Under the pieces are notes generated by a model. That model searched no databases and had not been told where the DNA came from. It worked only from the letters and a program-made list of their open reading frames with translations. A DNA stretch of 32,000 nucleotides from a cyanobacterium endosymbiont of Epithemia turgida isolate EtSB Lake Yunoko (GTDB taxonomy: Bacteria; Cyanobacteriota; Cyanobacteriia; Cyanobacteriales; Microcystaceae), in assembly GCF_000829235.1 (NCBI RefSeq), contig NZ_AP012549.1:2762319-2794318 (forward strand), written 5' to 3'. Each line of letters starts with the position of its first letter. The stretch's first letter is position 1. The position numbers and the translations under genes were made by a program. Shown here piece by piece: positions 19,016-29,411 of this stretch.

Positions 19016-19900
19016 ATGCTAAGAAGCAAACTAAAAATTATGTCTAAAGTTACTCCCTATTTATTCCTATTTCCGGCTATTTTAGTGTTGGGAATTACTG
19101 TTATTTTTCCAGCATTGCAAGCTTTTGCCTTAAGTTTTACCCAGTACGATTATGATATCACCCAAGCACCAAAGTGGATTGGGTTAGAAAATTTTCAACG
19201 TTTGGCTAAAGATACTGCGTATTGGAAAATTCTCGGCAACACTTTGTTGTACTTAATAGTCGTTGTTCCTGTTTTAGTAACCGTCCCTCTAGGGTTAGCT
19301 ATATTAGTAAACAAAAGGATCCGAGGAATTAGTTTGTTTAGGGTCGCTTTTTATACTCCTGTTGTCATCTCTATGGTGGTAGCTGGTATTGCTTGGAAAG
19401 CCCTTTATCTTTCTAAAGGATTGCTTAATCAATTTCTCCAAGAATTTGGATTTTCTGAAGGAATTTCTTGGTTAACAAATCCTAAAATTGCTATTTTTAG
19501 CGTCATGGCAGTTACTATCTGGAAAGGACTAGGTTATTACATGGTTATTTATCTAGCGGGACTACAATCAATTCCTAATGAATTATATGAAGCCGCTGCT
19601 ATCGACGGGTCAGACGGTTTGCGTAAACACTGGGATATAACTATTCCTTTAATGCGCCCTTATTTACTATTAGTTTGGGTAATTTCTGCTATTGCGGCGA
19701 CTAAAGTATTTGAGGAAATTTATATTATGACCCAAGGAGGACCCAGAAATAGTTCTAAAACTGTTGTTTATTATTTGTATGAAAAAGCTTTTCAAGATTT
19801 AGAGATTAATTATGCTTGTACTATGGGATTAATCCTATTTTTAGTAATTCTTATGCTTTCTATTATTAGTTTAAAAATATCTCAAAATCACACTTTGTAA
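19016..19900 (+). CDS. Carbohydrate-type ABC transporter permease (MalF/UgpA-like, CUT1 family)
   Basis: 294-aa ORF with multiple hydrophobic segments. The EAA loop reads LYEAAAIDGSDGLRKHWDITIPLMRP. AGGAG lies 8 nt upstream of the ATG. No partner permease, binding protein or ATPase gene is adjacent. Confidence 0.85.
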   Translation: MLRSKLKIMSKVTPYLFLFPAILVLGITVIFPALQAFALSFTQYDYDITQAPKWIGLENFQRLAKDTAYWKILGNTLLYLIVVVPVLVTVPLGLAILVNKRIRGISLFRVAFYTPVVISMVVAGIAWKALYLSKGLLNQFLQEFGFSEGISWLTNPKIAIFSVMAVTIWKGLGYYMVIYLAGLQSIPNELYEAAAIDGSDGLRKHWDITIPLMRPYLLLVWVISAIAATKVFEEIYIMTQGGPRNSSKTVVYYLYEKAFQDLEINYACTMGLILFLVILMLSIISLKISQNHTL

Positions 19901-19911
19901 GAATTACTAAT

Positions 19912-20607
19912 TTATCCTAACTCATCGAAAATTGGCAATCTATTTAAAGCATCTTGGGCGGCGGCTTTTGTCGCTTCCTGTTTACGGCGACCTTTTCCTG
20001 TCCCTAATAGTTGCTCATTAATTTGTACACCGAAAATAAACTCTTTTGCATGATCAGGTCCTAATTCCTCAATTAAAAAGTATTCAGGAACTTTTCTGTA
20101 GCTAGCTAATGCCCATTCTTGAAGACGATTCTTGACATCGATAATTTTACTAGAAACTTTTTTTGACTCAGGGATTATTAGAGTATCAATTGTATCTTTA
20201 AAGAGTGATCGCACAAACTTTTGTACTGCTTCTATTCCTGCATCAAGAAAATATGCCCCTACTATAGCTTCAAAGGTATCACTCAATAAAGCAGGATTGT
20301 TTTGTCCCCCATCTTTAATCGCTCCTTGTCCAAGATACATAAATTTTCCTAAGTCTAAGATCTTTGCAAATTGAGCTAATTGGGGTTCATCAACTAATTT
20401 TGACCGCAAACGAGTCAATTGTGCCTCGCTTAATTCAGGATGGCGTCGATAAAGTTCTTCACTTACGACAAATTGTAATACTGCATCACCCAAAAATTCT
20501 AAACGTTCATTATGTTCTGTAACGTCACAATGTTCGTTAACGTAAGAGCGATGGGTTAACGCACAGTCTAATAACGCTTGATGTTTAAACCGAAGAAATG
20601 TAGTCAT
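19912..20607 (-). CDS. rnc: Ribonuclease III
   Basis: It has the RNase III signature ALTHRSY...NERLEFLGDAVL and a C-terminal dsRBD (GPDHAKEF...GKGRRKQEATKAAAQDAL). Confidence 0.93.
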   Translation of the reverse strand: MTTFLRFKHQALLDCALTHRSYVNEHCDVTEHNERLEFLGDAVLQFVVSEELYRRHPELSEAQLTRLRSKLVDEPQLAQFAKILDLGKFMYLGQGAIKDGGQNNPALLSDTFEAIVGAYFLDAGIEAVQKFVRSLFKDTIDTLIIPESKKVSSKIIDVKNRLQEWALASYRKVPEYFLIEELGPDHAKEFIFGVQINEQLLGTGKGRRKQEATKAAAQDALNRLPIFDELG

Positions 20608-20830
20608 AATTAACCGTCAACTATTAACTAACTCAAGTTTGAAATAACCATCTTAAAATAACTATCACGGCACTAAAATAGAAAAATTACTACACATTTT
20701 AACAAATAAAACTTACTCAAAGAATTAATATTTGAGTTTTTTTTTAGAAGACAGTCTACTTTTATTGTTTGTACGAATAAATAGAGAAAAAGGTTTCTTT
20801 AAAAAAAGATCCCACAAAGTGTTGTCAAAT

Positions 20831-21007
20831 TTATTCTTGGCAAATTTGTTGGTAGCCCTCTTTGAGTTCTATGAGAGATAACTGTGTATTTTCCAGAGCC
20901 GCTTCAAACACTTCAAAATTCTCATACTCACCTTTATTGGTTACACTAAAGAGTAAAGCATAGTAGTCGCGGCGCCGTCGGTATTGACTAATTAAAGTTA
21001 GATACAA
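20831..21007 (-). CDS. Possible small ORF (58 aa, TTG start), hypothetical
   Basis: Hand translation gives (M)YLTLISQYRRRRDYYALLFSVTNKGEYENFEVFEAALENTQLSLIELKEGYQQICQE*. It sits in a patch of coding-like GC between AT-rich flanks. It has no ATG start, no clear SD, and no recognised family. Confidence 0.2.
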   Translation of the reverse strand: MYLTLISQYRRRRDYYALLFSVTNKGEYENFEVFEAALENTQLSLIELKEGYQQICQE

Positions 21008-21114
21008 CGGCTAAAACCTTTGTTTAACAAGCAACTTGGTTAACTCGTCTCTTTGCTGACCGGCCACGCAATAGTTCTACGTCTTCTATTCTAATTTTAA
21101 ACCCTAGACTTCCT

Positions 21115-21441
21115 ATGTCTCAAATCACTCAAGTTTCTAACCCTGGACAAGATCAAACCATCAGCTCTCTAAAACTTGCTCAGGCATTAGCTGAACAACT
21201 TGCTATTACACCCAATGATTGGCATCGCCTCAAAAACAACCGTAAAGCGCAAGCTCAGCAACAAATAGCCTTTGCACTGGTTTTTTTACTCAAAGATCAA
21301 TCACAAGAGGCCCTAGACCATTTGACTCAAGCAGTTGGTTGGTTAGATCGTTCTATTTCTGCTTTTCCTTGTCCAGGTCATGGAACTTCCACTGGAATTC
21401 AAACTAGAAACCCCCAAGTATCTAAGTCAACAAGGGTTTAG
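21115..21441 (+). CDS. Small conserved-looking hypothetical protein
   Basis: 108-aa ORF containing NDWHRLKNNRKAQAQQQIAFALVFLLKDQ...AVGWLDRSISAFPCPGHG. I have a vague memory of similar small cyanobacterial proteins but cannot name a family. Its 3' end overlaps the convergent gene by 20 nt. Confidence 0.55.
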   Translation: MSQITQVSNPGQDQTISSLKLAQALAEQLAITPNDWHRLKNNRKAQAQQQIAFALVFLLKDQSQEALDHLTQAVGWLDRSISAFPCPGHGTSTGIQTRNPQVSKSTRV

Positions 21442-21871
21442 TTGTTTTTTTCATCACCTGCTTGCACAATTTAACGCGAGTTCCATGTTGATCCCAGTAA
21501 ACTTGATCAAAAATTTCGTGGAGTAGACATAACCCTCGTCCATGTTCAGCTTCTTCGGGAGGCAGATGTTGGGATGTTAGGTTGTGACAATTGCACCCAC
21601 TGGAAAATCCTAGTCCTTCGTCTGAAATTACCCAGGAATAACCTTCTTCAGTCACAGAAAAATTGACTATAATTGACTTACTGGGATCTAACTTATTGCC
21701 ATGTTTAGCAGCATTAACTAAAGCTTCTTGTAGACCTAACCTAATTTCTGGTCTTAAATAGATAGGAATATTAGTTAATAACAAGTCAAGCACTGGACAT
21801 AAATAAAGAGTGGATGTGAAGCTCATTGTTGTCCAGCTCTTCTTTGTCGGAGGCAGTGAAATAGAAATCAC
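21422..21871 (-). CDS. RsbW-like anti-sigma factor / serine protein kinase (HATPase_c fold)
   Basis: N-box LQEALVNAAKHGN, G1-like SDEGLGF and G2-like HGRGLCL occur in the right order for the GHKL ATPase fold of anti-sigma regulatory kinases. The true start may be the internal MSFTS codon at 21826. Confidence 0.7.
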   Translation of the reverse strand: MISISLPPTKKSWTTMSFTSTLYLCPVLDLLLTNIPIYLRPEIRLGLQEALVNAAKHGNKLDPSKSIIVNFSVTEEGYSWVISDEGLGFSSGCNCHNLTSQHLPPEEAEHGRGLCLLHEIFDQVYWDQHGTRVKLCKQVMKKTTKPLLT

Positions 21872-22368
21872 GCGTTTTACCTCAGTTGTTAATCTTTTAA
21901 GGATCTCATCTGTTTTAAAATGCTTGTTTGTGTAATATTATAGTCCTTTGCTAATCAAGCTTTAGCCAGGTTTGGTCTTAGCAGATTTCACGTCAAGCTT
22001 TTATCAAAACTAATTAATAGATCAAGATGTAATTTATATGAATCATGGTTAAGAATTGGAAAAAAATCAACTAACCCAAATTTTAGGTAATATCATCACT
22101 ATAGTCAAATAATAATGTTAATTAATTAAATATTTTTTGTAAAAGCAGTCAAGAAATAAATCACTCCCACTAATATAATAAATTCTTGGTTCATGGTTGT
22201 TTAAAATAAATTAATTTAATAAGGTTACTAATAAATAATAAGTGATATAAAATTAGACTCTCCTATGATTGAAGATAATAGAAAAATAGACCAGAACTAC
22301 GAACTACCATGGAAACCTGGACAAAAAAACTTTCATAGGTTAAAGCTCGCATGATCATTGTAGCATAC

Positions 22369-23733
22369 TTAAGAATTGAGTTTTAACAAGGCTGCACATT
22401 CAATGTGGAAAGTCTGTGGAAAAAAATCACTCGGTTGTACCCAAATTAATTCATAAGTCTTCCCCTGACATAATTTTTGGAGATCTCGTGCTAGAGTTGG
22501 TGGTTGACAACTAATATAGACTATATAAGATGGTCGAACGTTCCTGAGAGTTTCGATGACTGATTGATCGCAGCCTTTACGAGGAGGATCAAGAATCACA
22601 ACATCAGGTAAGAATGATAGTTGGGGTAATAAGCTTTCGACAGTTCCCATCAGAAACGAAACATTGTTAATACCATTAAGTTGGGCGTTTTTTCGCGCTT
22701 GAGTAACCGAAGTGGAGTTAACTTCTAGACCAATAATTTGTTGTACCTGTTGAGCTAAAGGTAAGGTAAAAGTCCCTATGCCGCAGTAAGCATCGACTAA
22801 CTGTTCGGTTCCAGTTAGATTGAGTTGTTCAATAATTTTGTTTATCAGGGTTTCGGCCGCTTCGGTATTTACCTGAAAAAATGTATCAGGACCTAAGTGT
22901 AGTTCCAGTCCTACAAATATTTCCCGCAAATAGGAACGACCAGCAATAGTTAGAGTTTCTTGTCCAGAAATGACATTGCCCCGATCAGGGTTATGATTGA
23001 GGGAAACTCCGACTAAATCAGGATACCTTTTCAACCATGTCTGTGCCTGTGTATCAACATTTCGCAGTTTTTTGTCGGTACTAACCAAGGTCAAAAGTAC
23101 TTCTCCAGTATGCCGTCCTATCCTTAGAGAAAGATGACGTAGTTTTCCCTGATGACGTTTTTCATCATAAATAGACCACCCTTGTTCTTGAATATCTTTT
23201 TTTACCTCGACTAGGAGAGGATTAAGGCGAGAATCTTGGATAGGGCATTGGTTAAGGTTAATGATTTGATGACTATTTCTGCGAAAATAGCCTCCTTGAA
23301 CATTGCCTGCGGCTGAACGTCCTAGGGGATAGGTAACCTTATTACGATAGCCTAGTCCCATTTTTGGTGCCAAAATGGGGACAACAGGAGGATTCTTGAA
23401 CCTACCAATATACTCTAGAGATTTGATGACGTGGTTCTGTTTAACGATACGTTGGTAAGTCTCATCAATATGCTGCCATTGACAACCTCCACACTTATCA
23501 GCCACGATGCAAGAGGGACGAAGACGATGTTGGGAAGGAGAGAGAAGTTTCTGTAATTTTCCGTAGGCGTATTGCTTTTTGATGTGAACTAATCGGACTA
23601 AGACGTGATCACCCGTTACCGTATCAGCAACAAAAATAGCACGTCCTTCAAAATGTCCAACGCCATCACCACTGTTACTAAGATCAGTAATTTCTAGTTC
23701 AACGAGACTTCCTTGTTGATAGCCTTGGGTCAT
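22369..23733 (-). CDS. rlmD: 23S rRNA (uracil-C5)-methyltransferase, RlmD/RumA family
   Basis: It has an N-terminal TRAM-like domain, the Fe-S cysteine cluster C...CGGCQWQH, the SAM motif DAYCGIGTF, PPRKG, and the catalytic ISCQPPTLARD. Confidence 0.85.
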   Translation of the reverse strand: MTQGYQQGSLVELEITDLSNSGDGVGHFEGRAIFVADTVTGDHVLVRLVHIKKQYAYGKLQKLLSPSQHRLRPSCIVADKCGGCQWQHIDETYQRIVKQNHVIKSLEYIGRFKNPPVVPILAPKMGLGYRNKVTYPLGRSAAGNVQGGYFRRNSHQIINLNQCPIQDSRLNPLLVEVKKDIQEQGWSIYDEKRHQGKLRHLSLRIGRHTGEVLLTLVSTDKKLRNVDTQAQTWLKRYPDLVGVSLNHNPDRGNVISGQETLTIAGRSYLREIFVGLELHLGPDTFFQVNTEAAETLINKIIEQLNLTGTEQLVDAYCGIGTFTLPLAQQVQQIIGLEVNSTSVTQARKNAQLNGINNVSFLMGTVESLLPQLSFLPDVVILDPPRKGCDQSVIETLRNVRPSYIVYISCQPPTLARDLQKLCQGKTYELIWVQPSDFFPQTFHIECAALLKLNS

Positions 23734-23902
23734 GGCAATAAAGCGTTTATCTTCGCTAAAATTTGAAATAATTTCATTCTAGCTTGTCCCATCTCACCCT
23801 TGTAAAAAATATCCAACTGTTTCTAAGCATTTCATCTTGATGATCGCATTAGATACAATTAAGTTTTATAAATCTTAACCAACTCACCTCCTCTTGCCCA
23901 AA

Positions 23903-25273
23903 ATGTCTTCTACTCCAAAACTAAAATATGATCGCGGAACTATAATTCTTCATCCTCCCCCCAGGGGGAAAGCTTGGAGCAAATTGGCAACTTGGGATGT
24001 TCGCATCGAAAAATTCCGTATCCAAGCCATTCACTATTATCTTTTAGTAGAGACTCTACAAGCTGACAAAGTTCACTTTATTGATGAAGCGAAAGCTTTT
24101 ATTTCATTAGAATTAAACCCTAATTTCCAACGAATTCCTTATCCCCATCAACTTGAAGCCCTTGCTGCTTGGAAACAACATAAACATCGAGGGGTAGTTG
24201 TCCTTCCCACAGCAGCGGGAAAGACTTATTTAGCGCAATTAGCCCTAGAATCTATTTCCAAGACTACTTTAATTTTGGTTCCTACCTTGGATTTAATGCA
24301 CCAATGGTACACTCAAATTATGGGGGCGTTTACTAATGTGGAGGTGGGGTTATTAGGAGGGGGTTCGCGTGATCGCACTCCTATTTTAATCGCTACTTAT
24401 AATAGTGCAGCTATTCATGCGGAGATCTTGGGAAATCAATATGCTCTTCTTATTTTCGATGAATGTCATCATTTGCCGACAGATTTTTTTCGAGTCATTG
24501 CTGAATACGCCATTGCCCCCTATCGGTTAGGGTTAACAGCAACACCAGAAAGGGCTGATGGCAGTTATCGGGACTTAGAAACCCTTATTGGTCCGTTGGT
24601 TTATCACAAAGGAGTAAAAGATCTCGCGGGCAAAATTTTAGCACAACATCAAATTATTCAAATTAAAGTTAAATTATCCGAGTTAGAAAGAGAAAGATAT
24701 AAAGAAGCGATCATTATTCGCAATGAATTTTTAAAAAAGTCTAATATTTCTTTGAGCAATTTAAATAATTGGCAATTGTTTCTTAAAACAAGTTCTAGAT
24801 CTTCTTCGGGAAGACGGGCGATGTTAGCTCATAGAGAGGCCAAAGAAATTGCAGCAGGAACTGATGAAAAGCTCAGAATACTAACGGATTTAATTTGCCG
24901 ACACTCCGAAGAATCTATTTTAATTTTTACTAATGATAACGCCACCGTTTATCGAATTTCCCAAGAATTTTTAATCCCCGCCATTACCCACCAAACTCCT
25001 GTGAAAGAACGTTACGAGATTTTAACTCGATTTCGAGAGGCGATTTACACGACTTTGGTCACTTCTCATGTTCTTAATGAAGGTATAGATGTTCCTGAAG
25101 TTAAGATTGCAATTATTTTATCGGGAACAGGTTCCACACGGGAGTATATTCAGAGATTAGGTCGAATTTTACGCAAAGGAACCAGCAAAAACGGATTAGC
25201 TATTTTATATGAGGTCGTAGCTGAAGATACTAGTGAGGAAAGAACATCTCAACGGCGACGAGGAAAAGATTAA
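23903..25273 (+). CDS. XPB/Rad25 (ERCC3)-like SF2 DNA helicase
   Basis: It has the N-terminal LKYDRGTIILHPPP, motif I PTAAGKT, motif II DECHH, motif III GLTATPER and motif VI QRLGRILR. The track start is TTG at 23894; the ATG at 23903 was chosen. Confidence 0.8.
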   Translation: MSSTPKLKYDRGTIILHPPPRGKAWSKLATWDVRIEKFRIQAIHYYLLVETLQADKVHFIDEAKAFISLELNPNFQRIPYPHQLEALAAWKQHKHRGVVVLPTAAGKTYLAQLALESISKTTLILVPTLDLMHQWYTQIMGAFTNVEVGLLGGGSRDRTPILIATYNSAAIHAEILGNQYALLIFDECHHLPTDFFRVIAEYAIAPYRLGLTATPERADGSYRDLETLIGPLVYHKGVKDLAGKILAQHQIIQIKVKLSELERERYKEAIIIRNEFLKKSNISLSNLNNWQLFLKTSSRSSSGRRAMLAHREAKEIAAGTDEKLRILTDLICRHSEESILIFTNDNATVYRISQEFLIPAITHQTPVKERYEILTRFREAIYTTLVTSHVLNEGIDVPEVKIAIILSGTGSTREYIQRLGRILRKGTSKNGLAILYEVVAEDTSEERTSQRRRGKD

Positions 25274-25478
25274 TATATCTCTAAACTAACTAAGTAAAGT
25301 TTCAAATAAAACCTAAGAATTGGAATTGCCCCCTTACAATGCTCCAAAATGATATCACCTTTAATATATTTTTACTAAAGCTGCAGAATATAAATTCTAT
25401 GTTAGACCATAATTTTTGAATTTATTTCTAATTAAATTTAGTTAATATTAATCATTCTATTCATTAAGATGTAAAACT

Positions 25479-26117
25479 CTAAGGAGCTAATCGGTCAATC
25501 TCCCAAGTTTTATTATCCTGTAAATTGTAGCAAAAGCGATCATGTAATCGATTAGGCCTACCCTGCCAAAACTCAAAATAATGAGGAACAACTCGATAGC
25601 CGCCCCAAAATGAAGGAAGGGGAATTTCTCCTTGATCAAACTTACGCTGCATTTCATTAAACTTCATTTCTAAAAGCTGTCTAGAAGAGATAACAGAACT
25701 CTGAGAAGAAGACCAAGCACCTAGTTTACTTCCTCTTGGTCGAGTGACAAAGTATTTCAGGGATTCTGCCGTTGAAACTTTAGCTGCTTTTCCCTTTATT
25801 TTGACCTGACGTTCTAGGGGCAACCAGAGAAATAAGAGAGCAACAGAGTAATTTCTATCTATCTGTTTAGCTTTATTGCTTTCATAATTGGTAAAAAAAA
25901 CAAACCCTTGAGTATCAAAGTATTTTAAAAGAACGGTTCTTAATGAGGGTTCACCTTTAGCTGAAACAGTTGCTAAACTCATGGCGTTCGGTTCAGTTAG
26001 TTCAGCTTTAACAGCCTGTTTAAACCAGGTTTCAAATTGTTTAAACGGTTCAGTTTCAAGGTTTTTACGAGATAAACCATTGTGAGTGTATTCTTCTCTT
26101 AAGGCTCCAATATCCAT
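25479..26117 (-). CDS. pdxH: Pyridoxamine 5'-phosphate oxidase
   Basis: [10 protein letters not shown]...[24 protein letters not shown] and the C-terminal [14 protein letters not shown]...RLAP are canonical PdxH. Confidence 0.93.
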   Translation of the reverse strand: MDIGALREEYTHNGLSRKNLETEPFKQFETWFKQAVKAELTEPNAMSLATVSAKGEPSLRTVLLKYFDTQGFVFFTNYESNKAKQIDRNYSVALLFLWLPLERQVKIKGKAAKVSTAESLKYFVTRPRGSKLGAWSSSQSSVISSRQLLEMKFNEMQRKFDQGEIPLPSFWGGYRVVPHYFEFWQGRPNRLHDRFCYNLQDNKTWEIDRLAP

Positions 26118-26227
26118 GAATTTTTGAATATGTTAATAGTCGATAATCCATTTTAAACTAATAAATCAGTTAATAACTATTGATGCTTACAATCAATCAT
26201 AAAATACCAGAGGGCTAAAATCGCCAG

Positions 26228-27010
26228 ATGCTAGATAATTTATTATTTTTAATTGTTAGTGGTTTATTTTCGGGTTTGTTGGCTGGACTACTAGGCATTG
26301 GGGGAGGAACTATATTAGTTCCTTTATTAGTAACCCTTGGTCATATGCCCGTACAGGCTGTTGCCACAAGTAGTTTAGCCATTTTTATTACCTCTTTATC
26401 AGGAAGTATTCAGAATTGGCGTAGGGGTTATTTAGATCTACAGCGCGTTATCCTTTTAGGGTCTCCGGCCTTAATTACAGCTCAATTTGGAGTACATACT
26501 GCTAATTTACTTCCCGATTATATGTTGTTAACTACTTTGGGGATTTTACTAATTATTAATGTTTTCTTAGGAAACTTACGTCAACGGTTAGCTACCCGAC
26601 TAGCTTCTACTCATACTAAAACCATCAAAATTTTTACGAAAATAGCTCGTTTAGGAACCGGAGGAACCGCCGGATTTCTGGCAGGTTTATTCGGTATTGG
26701 TGGGGGAGTCATTATGGTTCCACTACAGATATTATTTTTAGGGGAAACCATTAAAATCGCTATTCAGACGAGTTTAGGAGTGATTGTTATTACCACCCTT
26801 TCTGCTACTATAGGCCATGCTTTACAAGGAAATGTTGTATTCCCTATTGGACTTATATTAGGAGTAGGAGGATTAGTTGGCTCACGAATAAGTACCAGTC
26901 TTCTTCCAAAGTTACCCGATAGAGTGGTTCAATTTTGTTTCTATGGACTATTAGTCATTTTAGCAGTTTATACTTTTTGGCAAGCTTGGCAAAGCTATAG
27001 TAGAACGTAA
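26228..27010 (+). CDS. TauE/SafE (DUF81) family anion exporter-like membrane protein
   Basis: 260-aa polytopic ORF with two internally duplicated halves, each starting with a GxxAGLLGIGGG-type motif (AGLLGIGGGTILVP and AGLFGIGGGVIMVP). Confidence 0.8.
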   Translation: MLDNLLFLIVSGLFSGLLAGLLGIGGGTILVPLLVTLGHMPVQAVATSSLAIFITSLSGSIQNWRRGYLDLQRVILLGSPALITAQFGVHTANLLPDYMLLTTLGILLIINVFLGNLRQRLATRLASTHTKTIKIFTKIARLGTGGTAGFLAGLFGIGGGVIMVPLQILFLGETIKIAIQTSLGVIVITTLSATIGHALQGNVVFPIGLILGVGGLVGSRISTSLLPKLPDRVVQFCFYGLLVILAVYTFWQAWQSYSRT

Positions 27011-27116
27011 AATTGAGCATGAACGACTTTCAAAAATCAGGAGGAATTAACAACTGTTGACCCCTAGATTAGTTCGTGGTCGACTATTGATTATTCATCA
27101 TTAACCTGATAAATTG

Positions 27117-29411
27117 TTAGATTCTACTATCTATCGTTTGAGTCTTAGTTCGATCTAACTTCAGAATTAAAACTCCTAAAGGTGGCAAACATAAATCAAG
27201 AGAACAGGGAAGGCTATGGAATGACCATTGATCAGTCCATTTACCTCCCAAATTTCCCATATTACTGCCGCCGTATTTCCTAGCATCACTATTAAATAAC
27301 TCAGTATAAAATCCCTCTTCGGGAACACCAATTCGGTAATGACTATGAGGTTGGGGGGTGAAATTACAAACAACAATCACAAACTCTGTAGGGTTTTTAC
27401 TCCATCGAATAAAAGATACTACACTATGACGGTTATCGCTACAATCAATCCACTGAAATCCTTCTTCTTCAAAATCACGGTCATAAAGGGCGGGTTCACT
27501 TTTATAAAGGGCATTTAGTTCGGTAAAAAACCGTTTAAGCTGTCGGTGGGGGTTATATTCCAACAGATGCCATTCTAAATCTCCCCAAACATTCCACTCA
27601 CTCCATTGGCCAAATTCCATGCTCATAAACATGGTCTTTTTCCCAGGATGGGTAAACATATAGCTAAATAACGCGCGTACGTTAGCATATTTTTGCCATT
27701 CATCTCCTGGCATTTTTCCCATCATGTTGCTTTTGCCATGTACTACTTCGTCGTGGGACAACGCCAACATGTAGTTCTCACTGTGGTGATACCACATACT
27801 AAAGGTGATATTGTTTTGGTGAAATTGACGAAACCAAGGGTCTATTCCAAAATAGTCGAGTATATCATGCATCCACCCCATATTCCACTTGAGGTTAAAT
27901 CCTAGTCCCCCAACATAAGTAGGACAAGAAACCATTGGCCAGGAAGTAGACTCTTCAGCAATAGATAATACCCCTGGAAAATAGCTATAAAGAACACTGT
28001 TGACTTGTCGCAAGAAATCAGCAGCCTCTAGATTTTCCCGTCCACCATATTCGTTGGCTATCCATTCCCCATCTTTTCGCAGATAATCACGGTAAAGCAT
28101 AGATGCAACTGCGTCTACTCGAATGCCATCAATATGATACTTATCAAACCAAAACAGAACATTAGCCACTAAAAAGTTACGAACTTCGTTACGTCCATAG
28201 TTAAAGACAAGAGTTCCCCACTCTTTATGTTCTCCTTCACGAGAATCAGCATATTCATAGAGGTGAGTGCCATCAAAAAAAGCTAACCCATGACCATCTT
28301 TAGGAAAATGACCTGGAACCCAGTCTAAAATGATTCCAATACCATTTTCATGGCACTTATCTACGAAATACATGAAATCTTCGGGGCGGCCATAACGCGA
28401 GGTAGGAGCATAGTATCCGGTAACTTGATACCCCCAGGAACCATCAAACGGATGTTCAGCAATGGGTAATAATTCAATATGGGTATACCCCAATTCCTTA
28501 ACATAGGCAATTAGCTTATCCGCGAACTCATAATAGCTGAGAAAACGCGCCCCTGTATTCCATTCTGAGACTTGGACAGGATCCAATTCTCCATTAAGGA
28601 CAGAGGTTTTTTCTTCCGAAGAAGCATGTAACCATGAACCTAAATGAACCTCGTATACTGAAACTGGTTGACTGAGGGGATCTTGATTGCGACGGTTCTC
28701 CATCCAGTCAGCATCTTGCCATTGATAGCTTTCAAGATCGGCAACGATAGAGGCAGTTTTGGGACGAACTTCCTGAAAAAAACTATAGGGATCAGATTTT
28801 TCATAAATATGACCTTCCCAGTTTTTCACTTCATATTTGTAGTGGGTTCCCACACCAATTCCGGGAATAAACAATTCCCAAACATTATTGAAGCGTTTAC
28901 GCATTTGATGTTGGCGGCCATCCCACTGGTTAAAATCTCCTAAAATAGAAACATTACGAGCATTAGGAGCCCACAGGGCAAAATAAACTCCTTTTACCTC
29001 CTTAACTTCCCCTGAATGTGCCCCTAATTTTTCGTAAATGCGGTGGTGGTTTCCTTCAGCAAACAAATGTAAATCAAATTCGGTTAAGTTAGAAAAAGGG
29101 AAACTATAAGGATCATATATAATTCGCTCGTTTTCTCCTTCTTTTACCCGTAATTGATAATTGTTTAATTGGGAAGTTTCAATAATACATTCAAAAAAGT
29201 TAGGGTGATAAACCGCTTCCATCTCATATTCTTGGTGTTCGGCTGGACATACTATCCAAGCGGCTTGAATGTTTGGTAAATAGGCGCGGACCACCCATCG
29301 AGGAGAAGATCTATCGTTATTAAGAAGATGGCAACCTAACACCTCAAAGGGATCATGGTGTAGGTTGTAGACAATTTGATTAACTTGATCAGAAGAAATA
29401 GTTGGGGTCAT
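27117..29411 (-). CDS. glgB: 1,4-alpha-glucan branching enzyme
   Basis: 764-aa ORF. The GH13 regions [26 protein letters not shown] and LSHDEV occur in the GlgB arrangement, with the N-terminal CBM48-type region. Confidence 0.95.
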   Translation of the reverse strand: MTPTISSDQVNQIVYNLHHDPFEVLGCHLLNNDRSSPRWVVRAYLPNIQAAWIVCPAEHQEYEMEAVYHPNFFECIIETSQLNNYQLRVKEGENERIIYDPYSFPFSNLTEFDLHLFAEGNHHRIYEKLGAHSGEVKEVKGVYFALWAPNARNVSILGDFNQWDGRQHQMRKRFNNVWELFIPGIGVGTHYKYEVKNWEGHIYEKSDPYSFFQEVRPKTASIVADLESYQWQDADWMENRRNQDPLSQPVSVYEVHLGSWLHASSEEKTSVLNGELDPVQVSEWNTGARFLSYYEFADKLIAYVKELGYTHIELLPIAEHPFDGSWGYQVTGYYAPTSRYGRPEDFMYFVDKCHENGIGIILDWVPGHFPKDGHGLAFFDGTHLYEYADSREGEHKEWGTLVFNYGRNEVRNFLVANVLFWFDKYHIDGIRVDAVASMLYRDYLRKDGEWIANEYGGRENLEAADFLRQVNSVLYSYFPGVLSIAEESTSWPMVSCPTYVGGLGFNLKWNMGWMHDILDYFGIDPWFRQFHQNNITFSMWYHHSENYMLALSHDEVVHGKSNMMGKMPGDEWQKYANVRALFSYMFTHPGKKTMFMSMEFGQWSEWNVWGDLEWHLLEYNPHRQLKRFFTELNALYKSEPALYDRDFEEEGFQWIDCSDNRHSVVSFIRWSKNPTEFVIVVCNFTPQPHSHYRIGVPEEGFYTELFNSDARKYGGSNMGNLGGKWTDQWSFHSLPCSLDLCLPPLGVLILKLDRTKTQTIDSRI

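Noticed and set aside
20132-20374. 80-aa plus-strand ORF
   Set aside because: It is antisense inside rnc (shadow ORF).
27176-27376. 66-aa minus-strand ORF in an alternative frame of glgB
   Set aside because: It overlaps the well-supported glgB frame and shows no independent signals.
27693-27905. 70-aa plus-strand ORF
   Set aside because: It is antisense inside glgB (shadow ORF).
28668-28943. 91-aa plus-strand ORF
   Set aside because: It is antisense inside glgB (shadow ORF).
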